Source: Octopus vulgaris
Taxonomy: Eukaryota
Length of the DNA: 64,000 nt
Direction of reading: 5' to 3'
NCBI GenBank assembly: GCA_951406725.2
Contig: OX597816.1
Coordinates: 107,818,001 to 107,882,000 of the forward strand
Part shown: piece after piece, positions 27,833-39,167 of the stretch
How the letters are laid out: each line of letters opens with the position of its first letter
Numbering within the stretch: position 1 is the stretch's first letter
Position numbers and translations under genes: made by a program
The notes under the pieces: model-generated
Databases searched by the model: none
The model's input: only the letters and a program-made list of their open reading frames with translations
What the model was told of the DNA's origin: nothing

Positions 27833-28643
27833 TATATATATATAATTATATAAATATACACATTACATATATATATATGTGTGTGTGTGTGAGTGTGTGT
27901 GTTTGTGTGTGTGTATAGGCATGTATGTATGTTTATGTATGGATAATTAACATATATATATAACAGACGTAAGCGCCTCTGATTAATTTTCCTAGTAAGT
28001 AGGTAAGTATATCTGCATTTGGTTTATGTAAGAGAGCAAGAGTGAGATGGCAAATGAGATAGAGAGAAAGAAGAAGAAAGAGAATGAAGGGGAGAAATTA
28101 TATAAAGAGATACGTGAAAGAGTACAAAATTTCAAATTACGCTAGCAAACCCTAATTATACGTATTTCTTTACTACTATTTAAAATGTACTTGGACCAAG
28201 TGAGCAAAATTCTTCATTTCACGTTGCTCAGCTGGATAAATCAAGTACCAGTGAAACACTAGGGTCGATGTAATCGACTTTCCCCCTGCCGCCACATTTC
28301 TGGCTTTCTGCCTATAGCAGAAAGGATTGTTACTATTATGTTTATATAAATATTTATTAAGGTCTGAAGCAAAGGACCCGCGTCCCGTCCAGTGTGGAAT
28401 ATATAGGTTAGAGAATCAGGGAATCCGGCATTTGAATTCCAAATGACTCGGAAAGAGCTTTACCGTTCTTTTTTCTTTTTACATACCTACGTACATATTT
28501 ACATAAACATACACAAATGCCTTGCACGCATGTGCAGAAATATATCGACATAGTAAGAGAATTGGGATTCAGGAAATTTAGGAGAATACCTCAGCACTCC
28601 GAGCAAAAATTCAGCAAACGGTATATAAACATTGTCAGACATT

Positions 28644-28684
<41 letters not shown>

Positions 28685-29453
28685 TGTGTGTGGTGTGTGT
28701 GTGTGTGTGGTGTGCATGTGTGTGTATGTGTGTGTTCGTGCGTGTGTGTGTGTGTGGTTAGAAGAAAAAACATCTTGTTTATCCAGGAATCTTCTGCACA
28801 GACTGAAAATTCGGAAAATGTATGGATTATCAGAATAGTGAATCCATCGCGGAGTATGAAATATAATCATCAAAGAACTAACGGTAACAGGATTATATTT
28901 ATTAAACAGCTGTAATATTTAACATGATTTCCTAGGGGACATGTACGTCGGTTCTCTAACCCTACATCAAATTTTCATATTACTTTTTCCTTTTCGATTT
29001 TCTTTCAGATTTCTCTCTTTTCTATATTAATAACAATCTTAGAATATAGTAGTAATTGCCGCTGCTGGTATCTGAACTTATATCTTTTGTCTTGTATATA
29101 TGTGTACCGTTAATTTCAACAGTTTCTTGAGCTGTCTACATTAGTGATGCAGCTGTTACAACAATTCTTATGTAGAGTAATTAATACAAGTCTTTGCTTC
29201 CACGGGCCCTGTAATTATGTGTCTCTGATAGTACGTCAACTTAATGTTATTTATTGCTCTTATCTTCTAAGCCACTCCACTCATTATATGTGTAAGACCA
29301 TATCTGCTTATGTACAGGGTATTACTTTAGTTGATAGTCATGAAGAAAGGACTGGGGGTCTTTTTATTTAGTATTGTATAGATCTATACATCATCTTTCA
29401 AAATTGTTTATTATTTTTATGTGTATGATCCTCTTTGTTGATTGATGTAAGTA

Positions 29454-29842
29454 GGCGCAGGAGTGGCTGTGTAGTAAGTAGCTCGTTTACCAACCACATG
29501 GTTCCAGGTTCAGTCCCACTGCGTGGCACCATGGGCAAGTGTCTTCTACTAAGCCTTGTGAGTGGATTTGGTAGACGGAAACTGAAAGAAGTCCGTCGTA
29601 TATATGTATATATATGCGTGTGTGTGTGTTTGTGTGTCTTTGTTTGTTCCCCTAGCATTGCTTGACAACCGATGCTGGTGTGTTTATGTCCCCGTTACTT
29701 AGCGGTTCGGCAAAAGAAAGCGATAAAATAAGTACTGGGCTTACAAAAGAATACGTCCCGGGGTCGAGTTGCTCGATTAAAGGCGGTGCTCCAGCATGGC
29801 CGCAGTCAAATGACTGAAACAAGTAAAAGAGTAAAAGAGTAA
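29454..29842 (+). mobile_element. tRNA-derived SINE, family A (Octopus-type), near full length
   Basis: GGCGCAGGAGTGGCTGTG head, B-box-like GGTTCAGTCCC, internal microsatellite, tail CAGTCAAATGACTGAAACAAGTAAAAGAGTAAAAGAG; matches 59525-59945. Confidence 0.9.
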
Positions 29843-30661
29843 TTCCATCAGTTGTCGAAACGATCGTATTCACAGTGTAAATATCATACCACCATCTTTA
29901 CTCCATTGTTCTATGCAGGTTTCCTTTTAGTAAATGATAACAAACTTTCAAGCAGGAAAAAATCTACATCATCATTTCTTTTTCAACTCTTTCACACTAC
30001 AGATATGTATTTTCTTTCTGTACTTTTCTATTTCCATTCCTATACGACAACCTCTATTTCTTTCCTATAAACTTAATCATAGCTTACCTAATTTTCGTAC
30101 AAATTACTCCACCTACCTAAAGAATACCTTGCCAAAATCTTTATATTAGATGCTACATATCCCTTGCAGACGAAGGACACCACCGATTTTGTAGTTCTCT
30201 GTTTCACTCTTTACCTTTTAATCCAATATAATCGGACATTAGGTGATTGTTGTGGAAGGATCCTGACCACCCTCACGTAACTGAAAATGGACTGACGCAT
30301 TTCAATAAAATAAACTGTGTGAACTGTGAGTGAGTTGACAGCGAGTTGTTGACATCGATGATCGTCCGTATTGGTTGCTGTGTTAATTTAATATCGTAAC
30401 TACGTTTGGATTAGTACGGAGTACGTTCTGTGTGAACATATTAATTCTGCGCAAGATTATACTAGATAACCATATCCAAATATCAATTTGGGTAATACTA
30501 CTTTAGATCCGACGTGTACACCCACGTCATAACAGAAATAGATACATTTCTTTTCAAATCATTTACGAGTTATATTTTATCTTTTACTTCTTTCAGTCAC
30601 TTGAGTGAAGCCATGCTAGATCTTCGAAATATCGAAGTCCCTAAGTCCCTACCAATAATTT

Positions 30662-30693
<32 letters not shown>

Positions 30694-30787
30694 TCACATG
30701 CATACATACACGCACGCGCGCGCACACATCTGTGTGTGTATATATATATATATACTCAAAATATGCAACAAGAATGACTCCGGTAAT

Positions 30788-30873
30788 TTGGTACGATCGT
30801 TTCATACTACATCATTTTAATAAATGTTGTAAGTATTACAACAGTTTTAAAATGCCGAGCACTCATCAGCCAA
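30788..30873 (-). ncRNA. Hammerhead ribozyme (intact core)
   Basis: Reverse strand reads TTGG-CTGATGA-GTGCT...AGTAT-GAAA-CGATCG-TA-CCAA, with palindromic stem III and GUA site. Confidence 0.8.
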
Positions 30874-30875
30874 TT

Positions 30876-31067
30876 TTCAACCTAAAATGGGATATAGTTA
30901 TAAGAGCGCAACCTTATAGAAATAGTAGGTATGGTTGTCAACTTTGTTCTATGGAAAAATATGAAATTTTGAAACATCAGAGTAATACAAATCTGTTGAA
31001 TAACCGTTTGGAGCTAGGATTATCTTGTATACATCGTACGACCCGAACGTTTAAATACTTTAAATAA
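30876..31067 (+). pseudogene. C-terminal fragment of PLE GIY-YIG endonuclease
   Basis: FNLKWDIVIRAQPYRNSRYGCQLCSMEKYEIL...LLNNRLEL...CIHR shows the W-I / CxLCxxE / LN / CxH pattern also seen at 34.3-34.5 kb and 51.3-51.5 kb. Confidence 0.85.
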
Positions 31068-31921
31068 TAATTTTGTGATTATTCCTATATTTTTCAAATT
31101 TTAATTCTTTATAACCAAATAAGTAGGAATATACCATACTAGCTTTCAATTTAACATTTATAGATGACTAAAATAACTTCACTGCAAACTTAAAATTAAA
31201 TTCTTCTTTTTTCTAAAATTAAACTGTATGAATCTAAATAGTTGGAATCCTAAATAGCATGAATCCCAAATAGTAGGAATACAAATAGTATGAATCCTAT
31301 GTCCATAAAGAAACTATTCAGTTCACCTTGATTATCTCACTTCCATTTCTTAATATATAATTAGTCTAAGATATCTTTACAAAATATATTTAACCAAATA
31401 GGGAAGAATATACCATACTGGTTTTAGTTTAACACCCATAAATGATTAAAAAACTTCATTGCAAACATACAATTAAATTCTCCTTTTTTTAATAATGTTC
31501 TCCAATACTGTTGTGATGATATGCATAGGGTTTGTAAGGTCTCTACATTCTCTGGGAATGTTATTGCGACCATTTGACATTGACCTAGTTCTCCTAACGC
31601 TGAATCTGTTCATCAAATAGTAGTAATTGGCATTTAGTCGTGACAATGCTGTCTTCCACAGAAATTCCTTATATGGAGCTATGACATCCCCTTTACCCCA
31701 TTTCTACAATTAGAAAATCTTTATTGCCTCCTCTCACTTGTTCTTCATTCTCAAAACCTTAAAGTAGTTTGAAATAACTGAATCTTAGTCAGTCAGTTGA
31801 TGAGCTCCACTACCTCAAATGTTCTTAAAATTTAAATCCACATTTTTGTCTATGTATCTACCTTCTCTATAATGTTGCCACTTGATATGAAAATTTTTGT
31901 ATTAATGGAAAACCTCTATAA

Positions 31922-32007
31922 TTGGCTGATGAGTGCTCAGCCTTTTAAAACTATTGTAATACTTACAACATTTAATAAAATGATGTAGTACGAAACGATC
32001 GCACCAA
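31922..32007 (+). ncRNA. Hammerhead ribozyme (cleavage triplet changed GUA to GCA)
   Basis: TTGG-CTGATGA-GTGCT...AGTAC-GAAA-CGATCG-CA-CCAA. Confidence 0.75.
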
Positions 32008-32144
32008 ATTACCGGAGTCATTCTTGTTGCTTATTTTGATTATAATCACCCCACGGACGGATTTTTATGGATTACACCATACATAATTCTGGTGCATCTA
32101 AATTAAGTACCCTATTCATTTGAATCTAAATTTTTGCTGAACTT

Positions 32145-32201
<57 letters not shown>

Positions 32202-32250
32202 GTGAATTGAAGAAATGGAGCTGAACGCAGATTGAACAGAAATCGTTTTA

Positions 32251-32340
32251 TTTCATTCTACACGTGTTTCGAAAGGCACAAATTACCAAAATCCGATGGA
32301 ATAATGGGACCATATTGTGTCTTTCTCTTCAGGAAGAAAA
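32251..32340 (-). ncRNA. Hammerhead ribozyme, mirror copy in the left arm
   Basis: Reverse complement of 35131-35220 (TTCTACACGTGTTTCGAAAGGCACAA...TTGTGTCTTTCTCTTCAGGAA). Confidence 0.85.
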
Positions 32341-32925
32341 TAGGAAATCCGTTGGAAAAACAAAAACAGAACAGAGGCGGAGCAAAAACAAATCGAACTA
32401 TGCTCCTAAGAGCCCATGGCGAAACTGTTTACCAGTGTATGTTGAGAACCGGTGGCTGAAGAATTCAACGGGTCAGGCATCGGTCAATCATGTGGGTGAG
32501 GGGGCGTAGATGTTCTTTGTGACCGAGAATAAAGTTCTGACTATTTAAGGAATATTGGATGTTTTATAAGGGGCGAGAAAAAATCTACTTAGAGACGTGT
32601 GTGTGTGTATACTGTTCTATATACGTGTGTGTTGGCGTAGGGGTAGAAAACATTTTTTGTGTACGTGTGTGCGTTTGATCGCTCGGCTGTCAGTGGCTAC
32701 TGCCGTGATGACCGTTGGGTGGCAGAAAAAAAATATATATCATGTTTTATGTGTGTGTGTGTTCATCTAAGCCTGCCTTGTCAAGGAAACCCCCCGCTGT
32801 GAAAAAACCAAGCCCCGTTTGTCTTACAGGAGTAATTCCCCTTGCAGTGGTTAATCGTAGATATCTTAAAGGCTATTTCAGAATTTGTTACCAAGGGCTA
32901 TGGGTGCCGGTATTATTTATAAACG

Positions 32926-33717
32926 CTATTTAAAAGCCAGATAAGTGTAACGCCGCCAATGGGGGCATCGAAAAGCCGACTGTAAAAGCCCGTTTACCAT
33001 CCGGCCTCTGGCAAACAAAATATGGAAGAGTTCGGAGACACAAAGGTTGCACTGCCTTCTGCCCCTATCAAATGGGAGGGCCACCGACAAAATTGACCAT
33101 TCCAGCCTGTAGCTTAAGTTCGTATCCTTCAGTCGCCATATTAGCTTACTGAGTCCCGTGGTCTGGCGCTTGTTCATGTCCCGAAAAGTTGCGTAATGGT
33201 TGGAGACACGCAAAGACAATCTTGAGGATGAGGCCCCTACATAAGTGAAGACATCTGAGTCCGTGTAAACCTTGCATTGGTAGACGGCGTTTTTGATCTT
33301 GGAGTTCGCCGACGTGAATCTAATTCTGCTAGGATTAGTTTCTGAAATTAGAACTGCGTTCCTGTCACTATATTCGTTCCGAGACCTGCAGCCGCTTACT
33401 ACTCTATTTTCCACTACGTCACTATTAACTATAGGAATAACCCCTGATTCTCCACTATCTATCAAAGTGCTGTCATTGCTACTGCCCGTGGTGCTGCTAT
33501 TGCGGGAAATGATGCTGGGGATGCTATTGGGGCTCTCTACCCTACTCCCATTGTTACCGTCAACCACAACACCCCTATTTATAACTATACCCCTAGTGGG
33601 TACTCCCTGGCTGGAGCTGAGATCAGAAATTCCAAATATTACTCCACAGTTAACTCGCATAAAGTTAGGATAGCTTTCTCCAACACTAAAAACCTCGCCC
33701 AGATAATCGGCTCCCAT
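32926..33717 (-). CDS. Inverted duplicate of the GIY-YIG ORF with a chimeric N-terminus
   Basis: Identical to the + copy from LSSSQG onward except E/V at one site; the first ~31 aa come from the antisense strand of the spacer. Confidence 0.7.
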   Translation of the reverse strand: MGADYLGEVFSVGESYPNFMRVNCGVIFGISDLSSSQGVPTRGIVINRGVVVDGNNGSRVESPNSIPSIISRNSSTTGSSNDSTLIDSGESGVIPIVNSDVVENRVVSGCRSRNEYSDRNAVLISETNPSRIRFTSANSKIKNAVYQCKVYTDSDVFTYVGASSSRLSLRVSNHYATFRDMNKRQTTGLSKLIWRLKDTNLSYRLEWSILSVALPFDRGRRQCNLCVSELFHILFARGRMVNGLLQSAFRCPHWRRYTYLAFK

Positions 33718-34545
33718 AATAATAGGCTACTTACTAAGACCCTATCACCTTTTTCCGGAGGCACAGCCTCTTCCGCTCCCGGTTTAATGCTCAGTAGGAA
33801 TAATTATAGTAGTAATAATGATATGAGAGCCAGTACAGTGACACATAATCTCAGCTCCAGCCAGGGAGTACCCACTAGGGGTATAGTTATAAATAGGGGT
33901 GTTGTGGTTGACGGTAACAATGGGAGTAGGGTAGAGAGCCCCAATAGCATCCCCAGCATCATTTCCCGCAATAGCAGCACCACGGGCAGTAGCAATGACA
34001 GTACTTTGATAGATAGTGGAGAATCAGGGGTTATTCCTATAGTTAATAGTGACGTAGTGGAAAATAGAGTAGTAAGCGGCTGCAGGTCTCGGAACGAATA
34101 TAGTGACAGGAACGCAGTTCTAATTTCAGTAACTAATCCTAGCAGAATTAGATTCACGTCGGCGAACTCCAAGATCAAAAACGCCGTCTACCAATGCAAG
34201 GTTTACACGGACTCAGATGTCTTCACTTATGTAGGGGCCTCATCCTCAAGATTGTCTTTGCGTGTCTCCAACCATTACGCAACTTTTCGGGACATGAACA
34301 AGCGCCAGACCACGGGACTCAGTAAGCTAATATGGCGACTGAAGGATACGAACTTAAGCTACAGGCTGGAATGGTCAATTTTGTCGGTGGCCCTCCCATT
34401 TGATAGGGGCAGAAGGCAGTGCAACCTTTGTGTCTCCGAACTCTTCCATATTTTGTTTGCCAGAGGCCGGATGGTAAACGGGCTTTTACAGTCGGCTTTT
34501 CGATGCCCCCATTGGCGGCGTTACACTTATCTGGCTTTTAAATAG
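33625..34545 (+). CDS. 3' part of PLE polyprotein: post-RT segment, S/N-rich linker and intact GIY-YIG endonuclease (first in-frame ATG 33787)
   Basis: The frame is open upstream of the ATG through the spacer (SKYYSTVNSHKVRIAFSNTKNLAQIIGSHNNRLL). Nuclease motifs: NAVYQCKV..TYVGASS..RVSNH..TGLSKLIW..WSIL..CNLCVSE..MVN..CPH. Confidence 0.85.
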   Translation, partial: RNSKYYSTVNSHKVRIAFSNTKNLAQIIGSHNNRLLTKTLSPFSGGTASSAPGLMLSRNNYSSNNDMRASTVTHNLSSSQGVPTRGIVINRGVVVDGNNGSRVESPNSIPSIISRNSSTTGSSNDSTLIDSGESGVIPIVNSDVVENRVVSGCRSRNEYSDRNAVLISVTNPSRIRFTSANSKIKNAVYQCKVYTDSDVFTYVGASSSRLSLRVSNHYATFRDMNKRQTTGLSKLIWRLKDTNLSYRLEWSILSVALPFDRGRRQCNLCVSELFHILFARGRMVNGLLQSAFRCPHWRRYTYLAFK

Positions 34546-35130
34546 CGTTTATAAATAATACCGGCACCCATAGCCCTTGGTAACAAATTCTGAAATAGCC
34601 TTTAAGATATCTACGATTAACCACTGCAAGGGGAATTACTCCTGTAAGACAAACGGGGCTTGGTTTTTTCACAGCGGGGGGTTTCCTTGACAAGGCAGGC
34701 TTAGATGAACACACACACACATAAAACATGATATATATTTTTTTTCTGCCACCCAACGGTCATCACGGCAGTAGCCACTGACAGCCGAGCGATCAAACGC
34801 ACACACGTACACAAAAAATGTTTTCTACCCCTACGCCAACACACACGTATATAGAACAGTATACACACACACACGTCTCTAAGTAGATTTTTTCTCGCCC
34901 CTTATAAAACATCCAATATTCCTTAAATAGTCAGAACTTTATTCTCGGTCACAAAGAACATCTACGCCCCCTCACCCACATGATTGACCGATGCCTGACC
35001 CGTTGAATTCTTCAGCCACCGGTTCTCAACATACACTGATAAACAGTTTCGCCATGGGCTCTTAGGAGCATAGTTCGATTTGTTTTTGCTCCGCCTCTGT
35101 TCTGTTTTTGTTTTTCCAACGGATTTCCTA

Positions 35131-35220
35131 TTTTCTTCCTGAAGAGAAAGACACAATATGGTCCCATTATTCCATCGGATTTTGGTAATTTGTGCCTTTC
35201 GAAACACGTGTAGAATGAAA
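35131..35220 (+). ncRNA. Hammerhead ribozyme in PLE 3' pLTR
   Basis: TTC-CTGAAGA-GAAAGACACAA...TTGTGCCTTTC-GAAA-CACGTG-TA-GAA, with long stem II, palindromic stem III and GUA site. Confidence 0.85.
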
Positions 35221-35477
35221 TAAAACGATTTCTGTTCAATCTGCGTTCAGCTCCATTTCTTCAATTCACCAATAATGTTCTAATTTCAATTATCCGCACC
35301 AACGCACGGTTGCAACACCATATGGTTGTACCTCCAACCGTGCTGTTTTACTGCTGTGATTTTTGCTACTAAGGTATCGGTTAAACTTTTGATTAATCTA
35401 CTACAAGATTATTCATCTTTCTATTTCACATAATTATATATACATATATATACATATATATACATATATATATTTAT

Positions 35478-36030
35478 GTCAGGTCACTTTCGAGTGCTAC
35501 TGGTAACATGTAACCCAGTACAACCTGTTGCATGGTCGGGTCGTCGGCAACTAAACCGGCAACCCCACCAAGCTTGCTTGGTGAGGAGGGTGTTTATTGG
35601 ACACCCTGCGGGATGAAAAACAAAATCCGTCAAAGGGCGGAGGAACTCTTGAGAGTCAACGGCCATCCGATAAATGTCTTAAGGATGTATCATCAGTGGG
35701 GACATAGAAATAATCGGACTGAATACCCGATCGCGCGGTTAAACTATTGGGAGTGAAGGACTCCTAGCCTTTGTTAGGGCATCCTTCTAGGAGAAGGTAA
35801 CTCAGGTAACTGGGATAACTCCGACATAAAACCTACGGCTCAGTGGTTACCGGTGATGTTGACTTGTTCTTCTTTTCGGATTATGGCTGCTGTTGCTTAG
35901 TGAGTGGGATTGACTCAGTGCACAGCCTTTCCCCACTTTAAAAAATTTTATTGCACAGGCATTGCACGATAACAACATTGATTAAGCTTCGTGCATTAGC
36001 CATACTCGATAACGAGGGGGAAGCCACCAT
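35478..36030 (+). mobile_element. Probable 5' UTR region of an RTE-clade LINE
   Basis: GC-richer island between microsatellites containing GGGCATCCTTCTAGGAGAAGGTAACTC...AAAACC, which resembles the conserved CTAGGAGAAGG motif of RTE 5' UTRs (recalled, not searched). Confidence 0.45.
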
Positions 36031-36128
36031 ATATATATAGAGAGAGATGTATGTATGCATGCATATATATATATGTGTATGCGTGGGTATAAGTATATAT
36101 ATGCGTATATATTTATAGGTATATATAC

Positions 36129-36166
<38 letters not shown>

Positions 36167-36655
36167 ATATTTGCTATGTATATGTGTGTATATATAGATA
36201 TGTATATGTTATATGATATATATACATACACACATCAAGAGCTGTAGTAGACTAAGATGGAAGAGGTTAATACACATTCTATAAAATTCTTCGCGAAAAT
36301 AGAAGACTAATCGTAGAAACCAATTCCGAAATATGCACCTAAACAAGACACCTGTGAAAATAACAACATAGGGCTTTTAATATGAAATGCTATAAGTAAA
36401 AATGTTTTCTTTCACAGGCAAATGAATACGTAACTGTTGCGTTCAGTCTAGGGTGTGAAGGAATCATTGGCCAGAAAGTCAATTTGGTTTGCGCTATATA
36501 AGAAACAATACAGGAGACCAGGATATAAATTTTGAAGTGTGCGCAACTTTATGAGTGGAAACGACGAACATGGACTTACAAGAATACAGAAGCAGTAAAA
36601 TAATACAGCAATAACTTGAACACATTTGAGTGCTTACTGAAACATACACACACAT

Positions 36656-36705
<50 letters not shown>

Positions 36706-36814
36706 CACATATATATATATATACAAACACGCAAAAACATACACGTTCTCTCACACACATATATACGCGTGTAATGTATAATCTACGTCTATTAATTGAT
36801 GTATATGTCGATTA

Positions 36815-36982
36815 CAAATTTCGGCACAAGGCCAGTAGGTCTGTGTAAAGGGGAAATTCGATTCAGCTGGTAGTTATTTTATCGATCCCCAAAGGATGAA
36901 AGGCCAATTCAGAACTTAATGAAGGACGAAATGCTGCTAAGCATTTTGTCCGGCGTGCTAACGATTCTTTCAGCTGACCACC
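36815..36982 (-). mobile_element. Degenerate family-B SINE
   Basis: TTTTATCGATCCCCAAAGGATGAAAGGC...AAGCATTTTGTCCGGCGTGCTAACGATTCT. Confidence 0.7.
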
Positions 36983-37064
36983 TTAATTCATTCTTTGGAA
37001 GTATGCATGTACGCATGTATCGCAAGTATGTATGCATGTATATATGTATGTATGCGTGTATATG

Positions 37065-37101
<37 letters not shown>

Positions 37102-37156
37102 ATGTATATATATATGTGTGTGTGTGTGTGTATGTATGGATATGTATATATATATA

Positions 37157-37520
37157 TATGGAAGAGGATTTGAAAATGCAGAGGTCATTTAAAGATGTTT
37201 ATTGACTTGGCCAGTTTCGCTTTTTTTAAAAAAAATAATTTTCAAAAGTAAAGTGCAAGGCTTTGTGTTGCCTTTGTGGTGTTAAAGATTAGTTAACATA
37301 GATGTATTAACATACAGTGACTCTATCACTGTATATTTAATAAATCTATCTTAACTAATCTTTAATACCACAAAGGCTACACAAAGCCTTGCACTTTACT
37401 TTAGAAAATATTTTTAAAAATAAGTGAAACCGGTCAAGTCGACAAACATCTTTAAAAGACCTCTGCATTTTCAATTCCCTCTTCCCATATATGTTCACTA
37501 GTGCGGTATCTTCAAATTTT

Positions 37521-37525
<5 letters not shown>
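37157..37525. mobile_element. Diverged ~165-bp-arm fold-back, probable PLE pLTR remnant
   Basis: Centre CAGTGA-CTCTA-TCACTG (~37315-37331). AAAGTAAAGTGCAAGGCTTTGTG pairs with CACAAAGCCTTGCACTTTACTTT. The right arm has GAAACCGGTC (HHR 3' half); (TA)n flanks. Confidence 0.6.
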
Positions 37526-37591
<66 letters not shown>

Positions 37592-38308
37592 TCCCTTAAT
37601 ATTAACAATCATACTTAATTTCATGTAAATGTAAGGAGAGTTGTACTATATTTCACACCGTAAATAGTTTTTATCCATCACAAAATGTAGTTTTTTATCG
37701 TCTTGTTCATGATATGATTTTCGTCGAACCTTTACTAAAATATACTGCCAACGTAATAATGCTATTTGAAGAAAAACCATAAATTAGTATAAGCAAAGTT
37801 ACGCACATTTATATAGTTTGTTTATTATGTACTTACGGATACAAATACATACGTAAGTATATATGCATTTACCTACATATACTTGCATACATATGTACAC
37901 ATACACACACACACAAACGTGCATATACACACATATATACATGTATATGCAATTATAGATACATATATATGTATACGTACACACACGCATATACATGCAT
38001 ATATAGACACGGACAAACACATAAACACGCGCACTCACACACACACATACACACTCACACGTACACACACACACACACACACACATACGTACATATAGAT
38101 ACACAAACACACATCATGGACATATACATCTCTGTTGCTTTAGCAGAAGCGATGCATTACAGGAGCCTTTCAGTTATAATATATATATACGTATATATGC
38201 AAGTTGTTACGATTTGGATGACTATATCGCCGTTTTGCTTGTCAGGTTCACGAATATTATACATTAACAACACGCCTGCGTATGTATATATGTATGATTG
38301 TATTGCAT

Positions 38309-38346
<38 letters not shown>

Positions 38347-38440
38347 ATATATATGTATATACATACATACATATATAAATACATACACACATACATACAT
38401 ATATAAATACATACACACATACATATATATATATATACAT

Positions 38441-38651
38441 TCAAAATGTAACCGCGCGTGTACCGTTGGCGATTTTTTTCCTCCGTCTTCCCTTCTCTGG
38501 ATCTTTCCTTTTCCTATGTTTCTGACGAAGAGCTCCGCTCGAAACGTAAAACCCTCCTTCTCCCCTTCCTTCCTGAGCGTCCAATAACACTATACTTGTT
38601 CTACGTCCTCGCGTTGTTGTGTTTTCTCTTTGTTTTCATGTTTGGATTAAC

Positions 38652-38652
<1 letters not shown>
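38441..38652 (+). mobile_element. ~200-bp non-coding HHR cassette, family R1
   Basis: 38518-38552 reads GTTT-CTGACGA-A-GAGC TCC GCTC-GAAAC-GTA-AAAC; (TA)n on both flanks; homologous to 14988-15191. Confidence 0.8.
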
Positions 38653-38693
<41 letters not shown>

Positions 38694-38695
38694 TA

Positions 38696-38765
<70 letters not shown>

Positions 38766-38910
38766 TATAGATAAGAGTTAAGGAATGTAGTAGATAAGTG
38801 CCGGGCTACATATGTTTCATAGCGAGCATAAATACAGAATTGGTAAATATCCAAGCGAGGTGTATACCGCAGGCTACTCTTCAGGCCAAAGATACCTTGA
38901 AATATACACC

Positions 38911-39167
38911 CTTTTACTCTTTTACTTGTTTCAGTCATTTGACTGTGGCCATGCTGGAACCCCTTCTCTGTGTGTGTACGTGCGTGGGTGCGAGCGCGTG
39001 TATGTATATGTGTATATGTATCCGTGTGTCTTTGTGCAATATTTTCTGCCCACTGCCGCTAGACAACCGATGTAGGGATGTTTAGGTTGCTGTAGCATTG
39101 CAGTTCGGCAAGAAGGGGACGATAAACTATATACGAGGCTTAAAAATAAATACTGGGGTCGATTTGC
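38911..39167. mobile_element. Family-A SINE fragments (minus-strand tail plus plus-strand 3' half)
   Basis: CTTTTACTTGTTTCAGTCATTTGACTGTGGCCATGCTGG, then GACAACCGATG...TACTGGGGTCGATTTGCTC. Confidence 0.7.

Larger units (their letters stand above)
30756..32146 (+). mobile_element. 5'-truncated Penelope-like element with inverted 5' pLTR piece
   Basis: 120-bp inverted arms 30756-30875 and 31920-32039, both containing an HHR, with a GIY-YIG C-terminal fragment between them; (TA)n on both flanks. Confidence 0.85.
32202..35435 (+). mobile_element. Young 5'-truncated Penelope-like element with a 1422-bp inverted duplication
   Basis: Arms 32202-33623 and 33848-35269 are reverse complements (I saw about 3 differences), with a 224-bp spacer and a unique 3' tail to ~35435. 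(TA)n-type tracts lie on both flanks; each arm has a GIY-YIG ORF and an HHR. Confidence 0.92.

Noticed and set aside
29454-29530. tRNA-like A/B boxes at SINE heads considered as tRNA genes
   Set aside because: They continue into SINE bodies and do not form complete cloverleaves.
32232-32933. Small ORFs duplicated in both arms of the inverted repeat, and antisense ORFs 33293-33673 and 33804-34178
   Set aside because: They are antisense to the PLE 3' UTR or linker; the duplication reflects the inversion, not coding constraint.
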